Positions 25,237 to 37,078 of a stretch of DNA of 64,000 nt are shown here, in pieces. Source of the DNA: Vezdaea acicularis (Eukaryota). Position 1 is the first letter of the stretch. Each line of letters begins with the position of its first letter. The position numbers were made by a program, and so were the translations under genes. The stretch covers positions 124,001 through 188,000 of the forward strand of contig JAPEUI010000007.1 in NCBI GenBank assembly GCA_026025075.1. Direction: 5' to 3'. The notes under the pieces are model-generated. The model did not search any database. It was not told the origin of the DNA and saw only the letters and a program-made list of their open reading frames with translations.

Positions 25237-26202
25237 GTCTTTGCTTCTGGGATATGGGTTTGGGAGGGGGGGGGGGCGGCCGCGCGGCATTACCAGGTTC
25301 TGGCGCAATGAGTGGTGAGCGGGCATGGGATGTAATTATACGAGCTCGAGGAGTTGATTAGCATCACTACATGCTTTTGACAAGCTTTTTGAAAAGGTTC
25401 TTGACGCACTAGAATACTAACCTCGGAGCGTGACTGACGCAGTCCGCATTGAAGAAAAACAACTCTCTGCTTTCGGTAGATTCATCTCGGTTCTGACTTC
25501 CCGTGTATGCCCCCCTGTCCCAACATGTGCTAGTAGTAAGCAGCAGTAAGCAGTGATCAGGCGGTAAAGCAAGACTTCAGCCTCAAACCCATTGCATATG
25601 CAGATCTTAATCCCAACAGACTTTCACTCGAAGCTGTCGATTCAGCTCCGGCGGAACCTGAAACCCGGCCCCAGTCCGCTAAGCGCTATCCACAGTTCGG
25701 TGCTTTTGGTGGAGGCCGCTAAAAGCTCAGGTGTTGATTCCACTGACAACGAAGCGCGGCTATGGTCGCTAAGGGGACCCCACGCTGGAGGCGAATGGAG
25801 GGACGAGATACGCGCCACAACTTCCGTCGGACAAGTGAAGAGCTGCCTAGCAGAGAGGGATCCTCTTTGAAGCGGCCGCGATGGTCGGGGCAGCGAGCGG
25901 AAATGACTGGCTGTGGTGCAGGCTGCAGACATCCTCTCAGCCTTGCGCAGTGACAAGCGCGCCGAAAGCTTGACCGGCGTTCTGCAGCCTTCCCGTTATT
26001 TGCGGGCGAGGACAAGTTGGGGGCCCTTTTTCTCGTCGTGCCACACGGCGCCGCACGCCCTTGCACGCCTCCTCCCGCACCAACTCTCCGCCCTCCGCTC
26101 TTCATTCGTCTGCGGGTGTGCGCTGCAGAACACTCGACGCAAGAGAGAGACTCTGGAAAGCTCCGGTATCCCTGTCCGAGTCCTGACATGTCCGCCTGAA
26201 GC

Positions 26203-26208
26203 TATATA
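26203..26208 (+). promoter_or_regulatory. Candidate TATA element of the calpain gene
   Basis: TATATA about 145 bp upstream of the calpain ATG in otherwise GC-rich sequence. Positional inference only. Confidence 0.3.
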
Positions 26209-26352
26209 TGGGGGTCAAGCCCCCGAACGCTGATCGCAGGCAAGCTCATTCAATCTTCAGCGTTCACTTGGTCAGTGATCTGGCTCGTTCTTGGTGATTC
26301 TTTCCTGGGCTTGTATCAGTTGGTGGCTTGGAACCACTGATCAATTCCAACG

Positions 26353-29300
26353 ATGCCCGACAGGAGCGCTCGTGCCCGCAAGGGCGTGCCGCACAAACGG
26401 GGCATCTCCAACAAGGCGGGCGACGAGCCTGAGGTGGAGCAAGAAGCACCCGTCGAGGGTGAAGTGGACGGCGACAGCGGAGTCGAAGGCGAAGCAGAAG
26501 AAAACGAGGAGAAGAAGATAGTGGAAACGACGACGACAACCACCACCACCACGGCGACGGACAAGAAGAAGAAGCAAGCCCCACAAGCCGCGATCGACGA
26601 GTTCTGGAAGAAGTTCACCACCACCACCCCCGGCAAAGCCGTCACCATCCTCCCCGACAAATTCTACGCCAACCGCGCCGCCGCCTCCGCGCCCAAGGGT
26701 AAGGTCGCCGACCAGAAGACATCCACCCGCTACGAAGACGCCGTGGCGAACTGCAAGGAGAAGGTCCAGAAGATCGCCGCGGAGTGCCGCCGCGTCAACC
26801 AGAAATACCGGGATGCCCACTTCGACATCGAGTTCGACCTCAAATGGGGCAACAAGGACTGTCTGTCGGGGCTGCTGGACGAGGAAAGCAACAAATCGCC
26901 GCGATCGGTGAAGCGCGTCGGGGATATCTTCGACAACCCGAAATTCTACGTCGATGGCGCGACCGCGAGCGACGTGCGGCAGGGCCGCGACGGGGACTGC
27001 TGGTTCCTGGCCGCGCTGTGCACGATCGCGAACATGCCGAACCTGATCGATAAGGTGTGCGTGGCGCGCGACGAGGACGTGGGTATCTATGGCTTCGTCT
27101 TCCACCGCGATGGCGAGTGGACCTCCACCTTAATCGACGATAAGCTCTATCTCACCAAGGCCGACTACGACGAGAGCGGCCCTACGCGCTGGGAGTGGGA
27201 GGATAATAAGCGCATCGATAGCGAGGAGGAGTATCGCAAGGCGTACCAGTCTGGTTCCGGCGCGTTATACTTTGTCCAGTGTGCCGATGAGAACGAGACG
27301 TGGCTCCCGCTGCTAGAGAAGGCTTATGCGAAGGCACATGGTGACTTTAAGGCTATCGAGGGCGGGCATACGGGGTAAGTCATCCAAAACATACTTTTTG
27401 CTTGACATACATCTAACCATCTGATAGAGAGGGCGTCGAAGACTTGACCGGAGGCGTCACGACGGAACTCTTCTCCACCGATATTCTGGACAAGGATAAG
27501 TTCTGGGGCGAGCTTCTGCGCGTGAACGAGGACTTTCTGTTCGGTTGTGCCACCGGGCTTTTCGGCGGATGGGGTGAGAGAAAGGGCATCATCGAAGGCC
27601 ACGCATATTCCGTCATGAAGGCTGTAGAGATTGACGGGCAGCGTCTGCTCCTGCTACGGAACCCGTGGGGTGAGATGGAGTGGAATGGTGCCTGGAGTGA
27701 CGGATCGAAGGAGTGGACTCCCGAGTGGATGAAGAAGCTTAATCACCGCTTCGGGGATGATGGCGTAAGAAACCCCTGTCCAACCCCCCCCCCCCAAGAG
27801 AATAGCATCAAACTAACGAACTATCTAGGCGTTCTGGATCCACTACAAGGACATGCTCCGGAAGTACCAGAAGTTCGATCGAACCCGACTTTTCGGGCCC
27901 GAATGGTCCGTCACGCAGCGATGGACGAGTCTGAACGTGCCCTGGGCCGTCGACTATCACAACACCAAGTTTCAGGTGACGCTCGAGCACAGCGGGCCGG
28001 TCGTGATTGTGCTGTCCCAACTAGATGACCGCTACTTCCGCGGCCTCGAGGGCCAATACGAGTTCGAGCTGATGTTTCGCCTGCACAAGTTGGACGAGGA
28101 CGACTACATCGTGCGGAGCAACGTCAGTTACTGCATGACGCGCGGCGTCTCGACCGAGCTCGAGCTCGAAGCCGGCAAGTACACCGTCCTCATGCGCATC
28201 ATCGCGACCCGCCCCAACCGCATTCCCCCGCCGCAGGAAGTGATCCGGAAGACCTGCCGAGAGAAGCGCGATAAGCTCCTGAGTATTGGTCTCAGCTACG
28301 ATCTGGCGCATGCTAAAGGTGTCTTTAAGGAGTCCGAGGAGGAGAAGAAAACGCGGGAGAAGCGCGAGGAGGAGGAGAAGGCTAAGGATGTTGCGAAGCG
28401 GAAGCAGACGCGCAAGGAGAAATACGAGAAGAACCTCAAGGCGTACTTGAAGAAGAAATCAAAGGTCAAGCGTTTGACAAATAAGAATGCTGATAGGGCC
28501 AAGCGGAGGGAAATGAAGGCACGGAGAGCGGCGGCGAGGGAAGAGGCGGCAGCGGCGGCGGCTGCGCCCGGGCTAGAAGCTGAAGCGCCTCCCGAAGAAG
28601 CGAAGCCTGAGGCTGAAGCGGAGAAGAGTGCCGAGGACAAACCTGCTGAGAAGACTGGCGAGAATGCCGAGGAGAAAAAAGAGGCCGAAGACAAGAAGGA
28701 AGAGAAAGCCGAGGAAAAGAAGGAGGAAAAGGCCGAAGAGAAGAAAGATGCAGAGTCTGGGGAAAAGGCTAAAGAGACTGAAGAGAAGGAGGCAGAGGAG
28801 AAGGCCGAGGAGAAGTCTAAGGAGAAGACCGGGAAGGCTGAGGAGACGGAGGAGGCGCCTAAGCAGCCCGAGCCAGCAATCAAGGAGACTGTTTTAGAGG
28901 AGGAGACTAAAAAGGAAATCAAGGAAGATAAGTCCGCCGAACCCTCAAAGCCCGAGAAAGCTGCCGAAGTCCCTCCTCCGGCTCCAGAGGTGCCTGGTAC
29001 CCAAGACGAGCCAGCTCCCACTACCACCACCGAAGTCCCTCCTCCTGCTCCAGAAGCCCCTGGTACCGAGGCTGAGATGGCTCCCACTACCACCACCGAA
29101 GGAACCAGAGTGCTCACCCCGGACACCAGCGCTGCTGACCCAAGCGGCGAAGATGTTCGAGTGGCAAGAGACGAATACGAAACGGAGAGCGAGGTCTCTG
29201 ACGATGAATCTATCCTCTCTAAGCACGACTCGGACTTTGACGAGACGGATACAGAGTCTAACGCTGGCGACGCCGCTGCAGCAGCCGCCGCTACAACCGC

Positions 29301-29802
29301 CGCTGACACACCGGAGGAAGACGAGGATGAATTCGAGAAAGACCCCTGGAACGCAGTCTGCGTTGTTGGGCTGAGAGTCTACTCAACGCACCCGGGGGTC
29401 ACGATCGAGGTCATCCGTCCAGACGACAAGGAAAAGGCAGAGGCGACGTTAGATTTAGACGATTCCGCGAAGGATGCTGCCAAGGAGGGGGAGAAAGTGG
29501 ATGAGAAGGGAAACAAGCCAGGCGAGGAGGTGAAGAAAGAAGAAAAAGCAGAAGAAGAGATCAAGAAGGAGGAGGAGGAGGAGGAAAAGGAGAAGAAGAA
29601 AGATGAGGAGTTGACCAAGGTCGAGGTTGTGGATGCCTCAGGAGAGGTCACGGAAATAAAGCCCGAGACTGAGGAAGACAAGACTGCTGTTGAGGTTATA
29701 GAGCTAAAGGGAAAAGAGGAGTCGACCGAGAAGGCAACAGAGGACGCTGCGACGGAGACGGTGGCGGTGCCAGAGGTGACTATCGATCCGCCTGCAGAGT
29801 AA
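26353..29802 (+). CDS. Calpain-family cysteine protease with long Lys/Glu-rich C-terminal region
   Basis: Catalytic triad motifs QGRDGDCWFLAAL (Cys), GHAYSV (His), LRNPWG (Asn). Also LLEKAYAKAHG and EDLTGG. Introns about 27375-27428 and 27765-27828. Confidence 0.9.
28966..29100 (+). repeat. 66-bp in-frame tandem duplication inside the calpain CDS
   Basis: Two units starting 28966 and 29032 encode EVPPPAPEVPGTQDEPAPTTTT and EVPPPAPEAPGTEAEMAPTTTT. Confidence 0.9.
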
Positions 29803-30828
29803 AAGAGGCTTGGATCATCTGGATATGCGGGACTTTTGTGGAAGACAACTCGTCAAAATTGTAACCCTATGCCTATCTTTATGCGTGTACTCTCTAGCTT
29901 AAGCGGTTTCCCTATCCTCTCAGCCCGTCTAAACATGCCTTCCTATTGCGGGCGGCTTCGCTCGTCCCTTCTATCTTCAAACATCTATACCTGTATTGGT
30001 CACATGATGCCACACTTGGTTCTACTATATGAGCAAAACCCACCTCCCCCGCCGTTTCCATCTACACGGACAATCTATCTTCTTCCGTTGACTTTGACAG
30101 GATTGAGTCTGTCCAAGTCTCAGAGTCTTCACCACGGACTCGTGGTTGGGTCTACCGTCGGTGCCATGTGGCCTCGCACGGGCCCAATAGCCGTAGGATT
30201 GATTGGGCCTTGCTACTTGACTTCTGTCTCGTCTCGACCAGCCGTTAACGCCCCGTCAAGCGGCATCAAGAGATCTTTGGTGTACATTTTTCAAAATAGA
30301 CAATCACAAAACCACATCAGCTAAAAAACCCGTGTCTTTGTTCAATGGCTGAGACAAACACTACCAATGCCGTCCTGATCTGGCGCCAACCGCTCTTCCC
30401 CGCGATCGAAACTTTCCTAGCTTTCCCCACGGCCGTGCACGACCTAAAAAGCATGCGAGCGATATACTCCTCGAATGGATCCTTGGTTATGGTTTACCAC
30501 ACCACGCACTGACCCCCAACCCACAACAATGTCCAAAAAGACCTCTCCCCACAGACCGAATGCGCTACGCACGACTGACCGCGCTTTATGGATCACTCTG
30601 CGATACAGCCGGGAGCAAGTCCGACCACGGGCGACTTGCAATATTTGTTCGCCACAGGCAGATCGCGTTTTATTGCCCGCATCCCCTACCGTGGTTGTCA
30701 TAGCTGCCCTACGCCCCGCGTACTTCTTTACTGTTTCTCGCCCTTTCTACTGTCCATGATTTCTTGTCTCTAGCTACACGGGCTATTATGCCACGCTGTC
30801 AAGCTGTGGATAGCCTCAGACAACGACC

Positions 30829-31905
30829 ATGATTCCGCGTCTGCTCTCGCGGCAGACGTATGATCTTTGCTTCTCCCTCTGCTCTTTGCTTCTCCTCCCG
30901 CTCTTTGCATGGCCCACGGTTGCGGGCGGAGTCGGCGTCAACGGGTATCCACGCGACTATTCTGGGGGTAACGGCGGTAATGGAGGTTCCTCGAACGGAG
31001 GATCAGGACTCGGCAGTTACGCCGAATTCCGGATCAAGTGCGAGGGCAATCTGCCAGATGGTTGGTATGGGTCCGCGTGGATCGACCACGGCAACCCCGT
31101 CTGGTCGAAGAACCGCTTCCAAAACCTCGAAGACCTCTGCTCCGCATTTGGGAATACCGACGGGAACCTCGGCGGGCTCGTACGTCTCCTATTTTTCCCA
31201 CTTCTGCTCTCGCCATTCACCCCGAAACCTCCACCCTGACTAACCCAAACCCCACGACAACAACAGTGCTGGCCCACGCTCGGCACCCCAGTCAACAGCT
31301 TAGCGCGTGAGCCGCGCTTCCAGCTCGAGCTCGCCGTCGCCGTCGGCCTCTCCGACGACCGCATCTTACGCTACTGCAAGATGCACTGCTTCTGCACGTA
31401 CCTGACTGACTTGAGCCTTGCAAGCTCCCTCAGCATCGCCGCCGCCCGCTACGGCCTCAAGCCCGGCGTGCCCGTCCCGCTCCCGCAATCCGACTACCCC
31501 TCCCTCGGCGACACCGACTGGGGCGGCCCTGCTACGTACGAGAACACCGTGCACTGGGGCAGCATCGACAGCGAGAGCAGCGACGACGAGAGCGAGTCTT
31601 CCACCGTCGCCGCGCTCGCGCAAAGCCTCGCTCTGCAACAAACCGGCATCCAGGGCTCCGGCCCCGCAGCCCGGAGGCATAGACGCAGACCGCCCGTGAC
31701 TTGTGCGCCGGGATCGGCCGCATGTGGTAAGGTGCAGGCTGGGCCTCTGCCGCGGAATACGTTTGATCCGAAGCGTGCGAGACAGTGTGCGCAGAAGCAA
31801 GGGCAAAAGCCCGGGGTTAGGAGGCCAAGTGTTTTGCCGATGAGTTGTGCGATGGAGGCCATGTCGGCGTTTGGGAGCTTTAGGGGGCCGTTGAGGAGGC
31901 GGTGA
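30829..31905 (+). CDS. Putative secreted cysteine-containing protein (329 aa), function unknown
   Basis: Hydrophobic N-terminus (LCSLLLLPLFAWPTVA). Exon 30829-31179, intron GTACGT...CTAAC...CAG (31180-31266), exon 31267-31905 in frame. Motifs LEDLCS...NLGGL|C and YCKMHCFC. Confidence 0.7.
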
Positions 31906-33682
31906 GGTTTGGGTGGTGTTGAGGGGGGTAGGGGGTGAAATGGCTCTTGGGGGGGTAAATATTTTAGAGGAAAGGGGGGGAGGGGGAGCTGTTGGGGAGT
32001 TTGTTTGTGGGGTAAGGAGGGGGTGGGAGTGGGAGGTAGAGATGTGGTGGAAAGCTGTGATGGGAAGCTATGGTAGGGAAGTTCTGGCACGCTTGGGGTG
32101 GACCTTGGCGCCGTCTACCGAGCAAAGAACGCTCCTCCCTCTCCCTCCTTTCTTTAAGACGAGGCGAGATAATATGTGATAGCCGGAGATAGCCATGGTG
32201 AAGTACAACGTGACGCAACGGAGTTCTATTTCCTTCCATCTCCTACCCTCATCTACCAACTTTCCTTCTTACACAACTCTCTCTTCCTCTTCTAGAACAA
32301 CCGCAATTTGTCCTTTCACCATGTCATCCTCTCCGTCCTCTTCATCGTCCTAGTCACCCAACTTTAGCCTCCCCTTCCTTCCCCCCGATACACTCCCCCC
32401 CCTTCTTTCCAGATCACGTGCGCACCCTCTTCCGAAGCGTGTCGGCAGTTCCTGATGGAGGTGCTCTGGATGTGCTCGCTCCTCGCGATGTTATGGGTGT
32501 GGTATGGTGTGCTGGCAGGACTGATATGCCCTGGATACCCCCGCTGATGGATACCCCGCCAGCAGACCACTACGTGAGCGAGCGAGCAAGCAAGTAAGCA
32601 CGCAGGACGTTCCACAGGGCTGTAAGGCGAGAAGAAGAAAGAAAGGCTCACAAAACGCAGACACGAAGACAGAGTTGTACGGATGGTATACTCATAGAGT
32701 AAAGACTATCTCTACATAGTCACACATCTAAAACAGAACTGATAACCTTGGTAACCCTGGTAACCTTAGTAAAACTCATACCCCCAATCCAACCCCATGA
32801 CCAACTATCTAACCCGGACCTCCACGGCGCGAAGACAGCTTGTGATTCCGTTTTCACCATCGGCCATGACCCTCTATCTGTCTGAAGCGTGAGAAGCAAA
32901 GCAAGAAAAAAAAGGAAGTCTCGTTTCAGGACAAGATAGGTAGGTGGTAGTAACAGAAGCAGGCGAGGATACCCTGCCTCCTTCCCCTGCGAAAGAACAA
33001 GAAAACAAGATATGAGTGTTGTGAGCATTCAAGGAAAGATGAAAACGTTGAGTGAGTGTGGATATCCATTCGAGTCTATATCACTCTACCTATTCATGCC
33101 GGGGGGGGAGATTATGAACCCACTTCCCCCAGCCAAACCAAACGCCAAGTAGTGACAAAGACAAAGGAAGTAGGGTGTGAAACTCAGTACGAACTATCAA
33201 CTCCGCATTCCATTCGCACGTACTTCGTGACAGCTCAGCTTGTGGTTCCGCCCACAAGTGATAGCTAGCAGAACAATGATATCTTCGACGATGGAACACA
33301 CTTCGTTGATTGATAGCCCCGTAATAGCAGCCTCGCCAATAGGTCACCATGCCAAGTAGGGGGATTGTGTGATGAGTCGACCGCGTGATGGATTGTGTGA
33401 GAGTCGAGCGTTCTGACGCACTAGTTCGGGGTGTGAGATGAACGCTAGGCCGCCGGGAAAGAGCCGAGGAAGATGTGGGGATGTTGCGGAGCTGAACGTC
33501 TAGGAGGAGCGGTGGAGGTGTTCGTTGGTAAGAGAAGGGGGTTTGGTATTATTCTAGAAAATATCTTTCCAACTCAAGCCCGCTGAATCGAAGAGGTTGG
33601 GAATCACCGCCCGTACCCCGAGTTAATTACAGACTAATATAAGAGATTCGTAAAGCGTGTTGTCCCTAAAACCGAGCTTTAT

Positions 33683-34174
33683 CTACCGCTCGAGCCTGAA
33701 ATTCGCCCAGCGGCCCTCCACCGGCATCGCATCGAGTCCCAGGCCGTTCGCGCGCGCGTTGAGGATGTACCAGCGATCGACATATCCCGAGTCGCCGGAG
33801 GTTGCCTCGACGTAGCATGGAGGGTCGTCGGGGGGAATCCGGAGAGCTTTTTGCTGCCGGCGGTAGTCCGAGTAGCGCCGGATGAACTTGAAGGGTTGGT
33901 AGGTTTGTCGTGAAGATGATGATGATGATGAGGGCGACGAGTTCATGGAGAGGAGGGGGAAGGAGGGAAACTCGGGAGGGGCAAGAAGTGAGGAGGACGT
34001 TAGAGAGGTGGACGTTGGGGACGAGGGGGTCGGTGTCGAGAGGAAGCCGTTCGTGGAGATGTAAGAGGTGTCTCTAGGGCGGGAGAGTTCGCACTGCGAG
34101 CGCGAGCGTTGCGTGCTGTGTTGCTGGGTGGTCGGTGTGAGGCTTTCGGATGGGTTTCTGCTAGAGGATCGCAT
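33683..34174 (-). CDS. Hypothetical Ser-rich protein with a PPxY motif
   Basis: Open frame from the ATG at 34174 (upstream ATGs possible). Ser-rich N-half, then PPDDPPCYVEATSGD and RWYILNARANG. No family recognised. Confidence 0.4.
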   Translation of the reverse strand: MRSSSRNPSESLTPTTQQHSTQRSRSQCELSRPRDTSYISTNGFLSTPTPSSPTSTSLTSSSLLAPPEFPSFPLLSMNSSPSSSSSSSRQTYQPFKFIRRYSDYRRQQKALRIPPDDPPCYVEATSGDSGYVDRWYILNARANGLGLDAMPVEGRWANFRLER

Positions 34175-35662
34175 GTTTGGTTGCGAGATGGCAGATCGAA
34201 TTCCACATGCGTCTCGGGAGGAACTCTTGACGCGGAAGTCCATCTTTATGACCCTACGCGCTGGCCAAGGATATTGGCCTAGTGAAATCAGTCGTATGCG
34301 GTTAGGCCTTCGTCTGTATTTGTGCGTTCTCATAACAAGCTGTCTTTAAATAAAGAACAAGGGGGCAGAGAATCTGAAAGATATGCTTGCCCTATCCAAG
34401 CGGATGGAAGAACGTCAAGATATAAGCTCAGCTTATCGAAAAGCAACGAAACGCCTCTAAGCTTCCTTAAGAAGCTCAGGCTAGAAGGGAAAATAAAGGC
34501 ACTGCTGTGCCACGGCATCTCACCGAGGAACCGGGCATACTTAGCAGCGAGCCCCTCCATCGGGGGTGGGTGGCAGGACACACAAGTGGCCCGCTCCCAC
34601 AACATGATCGTCTAGTCCTAGCCCGTTACCATATCCGACGATGTCTGGAACGTGCCTCGGGCTGGGGCTCAAATCTTGCCCAACAGCCTCGGTCATAGGT
34701 GCGGCATTAGTGTTTCCGCAAGGATTGCACGGGACGCACAGCCAGAAGGCGAGACGGAAGAGGTGCGGGGGGGCTTAGAGACTCCCAAGATTAACGTCGA
34801 AAACAAAGAATTATGAGTGGCTGTGGGACGAGATCAACGGTTTAGGAGCAGTTCGTGGCGATGTCAACTGTAGGAATCGTGTAAGGCATAAAATACGGAC
34901 GTAGCCCCGTACGGCTCTTGACGGTCTCGGTCTAATACACGTTTTTCGAGACCCTCGTGCCGTAGACCAGAATGGTCTCGGGCGAAGCGCATGACTTGCA
35001 ATGCGCTGATGTGATGCACAGAGCACATATGACTTAGCCTGCACATAGTATAGTATAGTCCCGTTTCAACGAATAGCCGTGACTGCGGAATGTTGTCGTG
35101 CGATGAGAGAAAGTCCATGGAATTTTTTTGCTTGCTCGCCGATACAACAGTCAGCGAGGCGCAGGGCGCAGCGGCACACGGCTCTCACCCCTTTACTCGA
35201 AGCGGCTTAGCGCGCGGACCGCGCCCTGTCCAACTCCTTTTTCCATGTCGATGGCCATTCGTGCTCTGATCAAAGTCCGGGTCGAGCGGCCAACAGAGCG
35301 GCAGTGGTTACGTCCTTACGCCAAGGCATCCTTAATTTCGAGCGCTGGCCAGCATGCCATTAACGAGTCAAGAGGGGCCAAATCAGCGTATCATCCTGCT
35401 AATGCAATGCGATCTAATGCTCGGTGCTGCCCTAAACAAGTCTATCGAAAACAAAACACGCGTGCCTCTACCCTTCACCTCCTGAATGACTCGATTTGCT
35501 TTTGAAAGTGCCTCCCAACACGAGAATGATGAGCTTAGTAGTATGAAACCAAAATGTTTTGTAGATGTCGCTTGCATCGTCAATCAGACCACCACCCAAG
35601 CCCTTCTAAGTCGAACTGTATTCATACGGTGTCATATGTACGCTATTTTGCCTCATCCAAAT

Positions 35663-37040
35663 CTATTTTGAATCCAATAACACTGATGCACCAGCTTCGC
35701 TGGAAACGTAGATTACGCGGTGTTCGTTTGTGAACCCGTTGAAGTTGGTGGCGGAGCATTTGGTGTACGCTATGAGGTGGCAAACGGTTAGATCAGATGA
35801 CACTTTCGACGGCTGCCAGAGAAGGGGGGGGGCACTAACCTCCCATGTCTTTAAAGTAGAGCCAGTCGCCAACATCTACAGTTTCACGAAAAACACAACC
35901 TTGGGAGATGCAGTCGATCCCATCGCAGGTCGGACCCCAGAGCGAGTAGTGGGTTTCCGGGTTGACGTGAGTGACACCGTTGTTCGTGCTTGATTCGTAC
36001 GTTACCCGATCGCCAATCCTCAGCACGTGAGGAGACGGAATTTGATGATCAAAGATGATGCCAGAGAAGTTCCCATAGACGCCATCGTTCAGATACAACA
36101 TGTACGAGGTAGCGTTCGCTGTAGGGTCCTCAACAGTTCGTCGGGCGATAACATTTGCAGCAAGAGTAAAGGCCGAATAGACGTAGAAGCGACCTGGCTC
36201 CGCAATGACTCGAATATGAGGTGGAAAGTAGTCGTCCAACACCTGGCTAAGGACGCCAGCCATAGACTCGAAGCTGCCGCCGGAGAAGCCCCCACCAACA
36301 TCGAGTGTCTTCAGATTGAAACCTATCGCCTCGGCCTGATCAAACACCACTCGCGAGTCTCTCACAGCCTTGACAAAGGCATTTGGATCAGAAGCGCCTG
36401 AACCAACGTGGAAACTGACGCCTACAACGTTTAGCCCTAGAGTCTTTGCAAGCTGTAGCAAGGCCTTGGTCGAATCCATGGATGCACCAAATTTGGCACT
36501 CAGGCGGCACAAGCTGGTGGAATCATCCGTCAGGATCCGCAAAAAGAGTTCCGCGTGTGGAAACAACTCCTTCATTTTCAACAGCTCGTCCGAGTTATCA
36601 AAAGTCATTTGGCGTACGCCTTGCTTTTGGGCATACTGCAAGTATGATCGAGTTTTACATGGATGAGCATATATGATGCGTGAAGGATCGACGCCCAGTC
36701 CAAGAACTTGCTGTATTTCCGTCTTGGACGCACAGTCGAAGCCAGTGCCTAGGCCGGACAACAGTCGCAAGACCTGCGGGTCGGGGTTGCATTTGACAGC
36801 TGAAAGTGTTTAGCGTGGCAAGTGGAAACCCCCCGAAGAAATCTCACCATAGAAAGGCTTAATACGGGGAAGGTTTCTTTTCCAACGCATGTGCTGTCGA
36901 TAGACCTCACCGACATCTGCTACGAAGAAAGCATCATCGTCCCCAACATCGGCTCCAACGGTATCGAGTGATTGAAGGTGTTTCTTGAGTGCGTTTCCGA
37001 CGATTTGGCTGTGAAGCTGTATCACCTTATTCTTTGCCAT
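35663..37040 (-). CDS. SPE1: Ornithine decarboxylase
   Basis: PFY|AVKCN (PLP lysine), GFDCAS, SFHVGSG, LDVGGGF, IAEPGRF, NDGVYG, WGPTCDGID, MG|AYT. Exons 37040-36848, 36799-35840, 35769-35663. Confidence 0.96.
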
Positions 37041-37078
37041 TCCAATGCAGTCAAACGTTGCTGCTTTGAAGATTAAGT

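Noticed and set aside
28296..29309. 337-aa antisense Ser/Phe-rich ORF
   Set aside because: Mirror of the Glu/Lys codons of calpain.
32742..32772. TAACC-containing 9-bp repeats as interstitial telomere
   Set aside because: Period is 9, not 6, and there are only three degenerate units.
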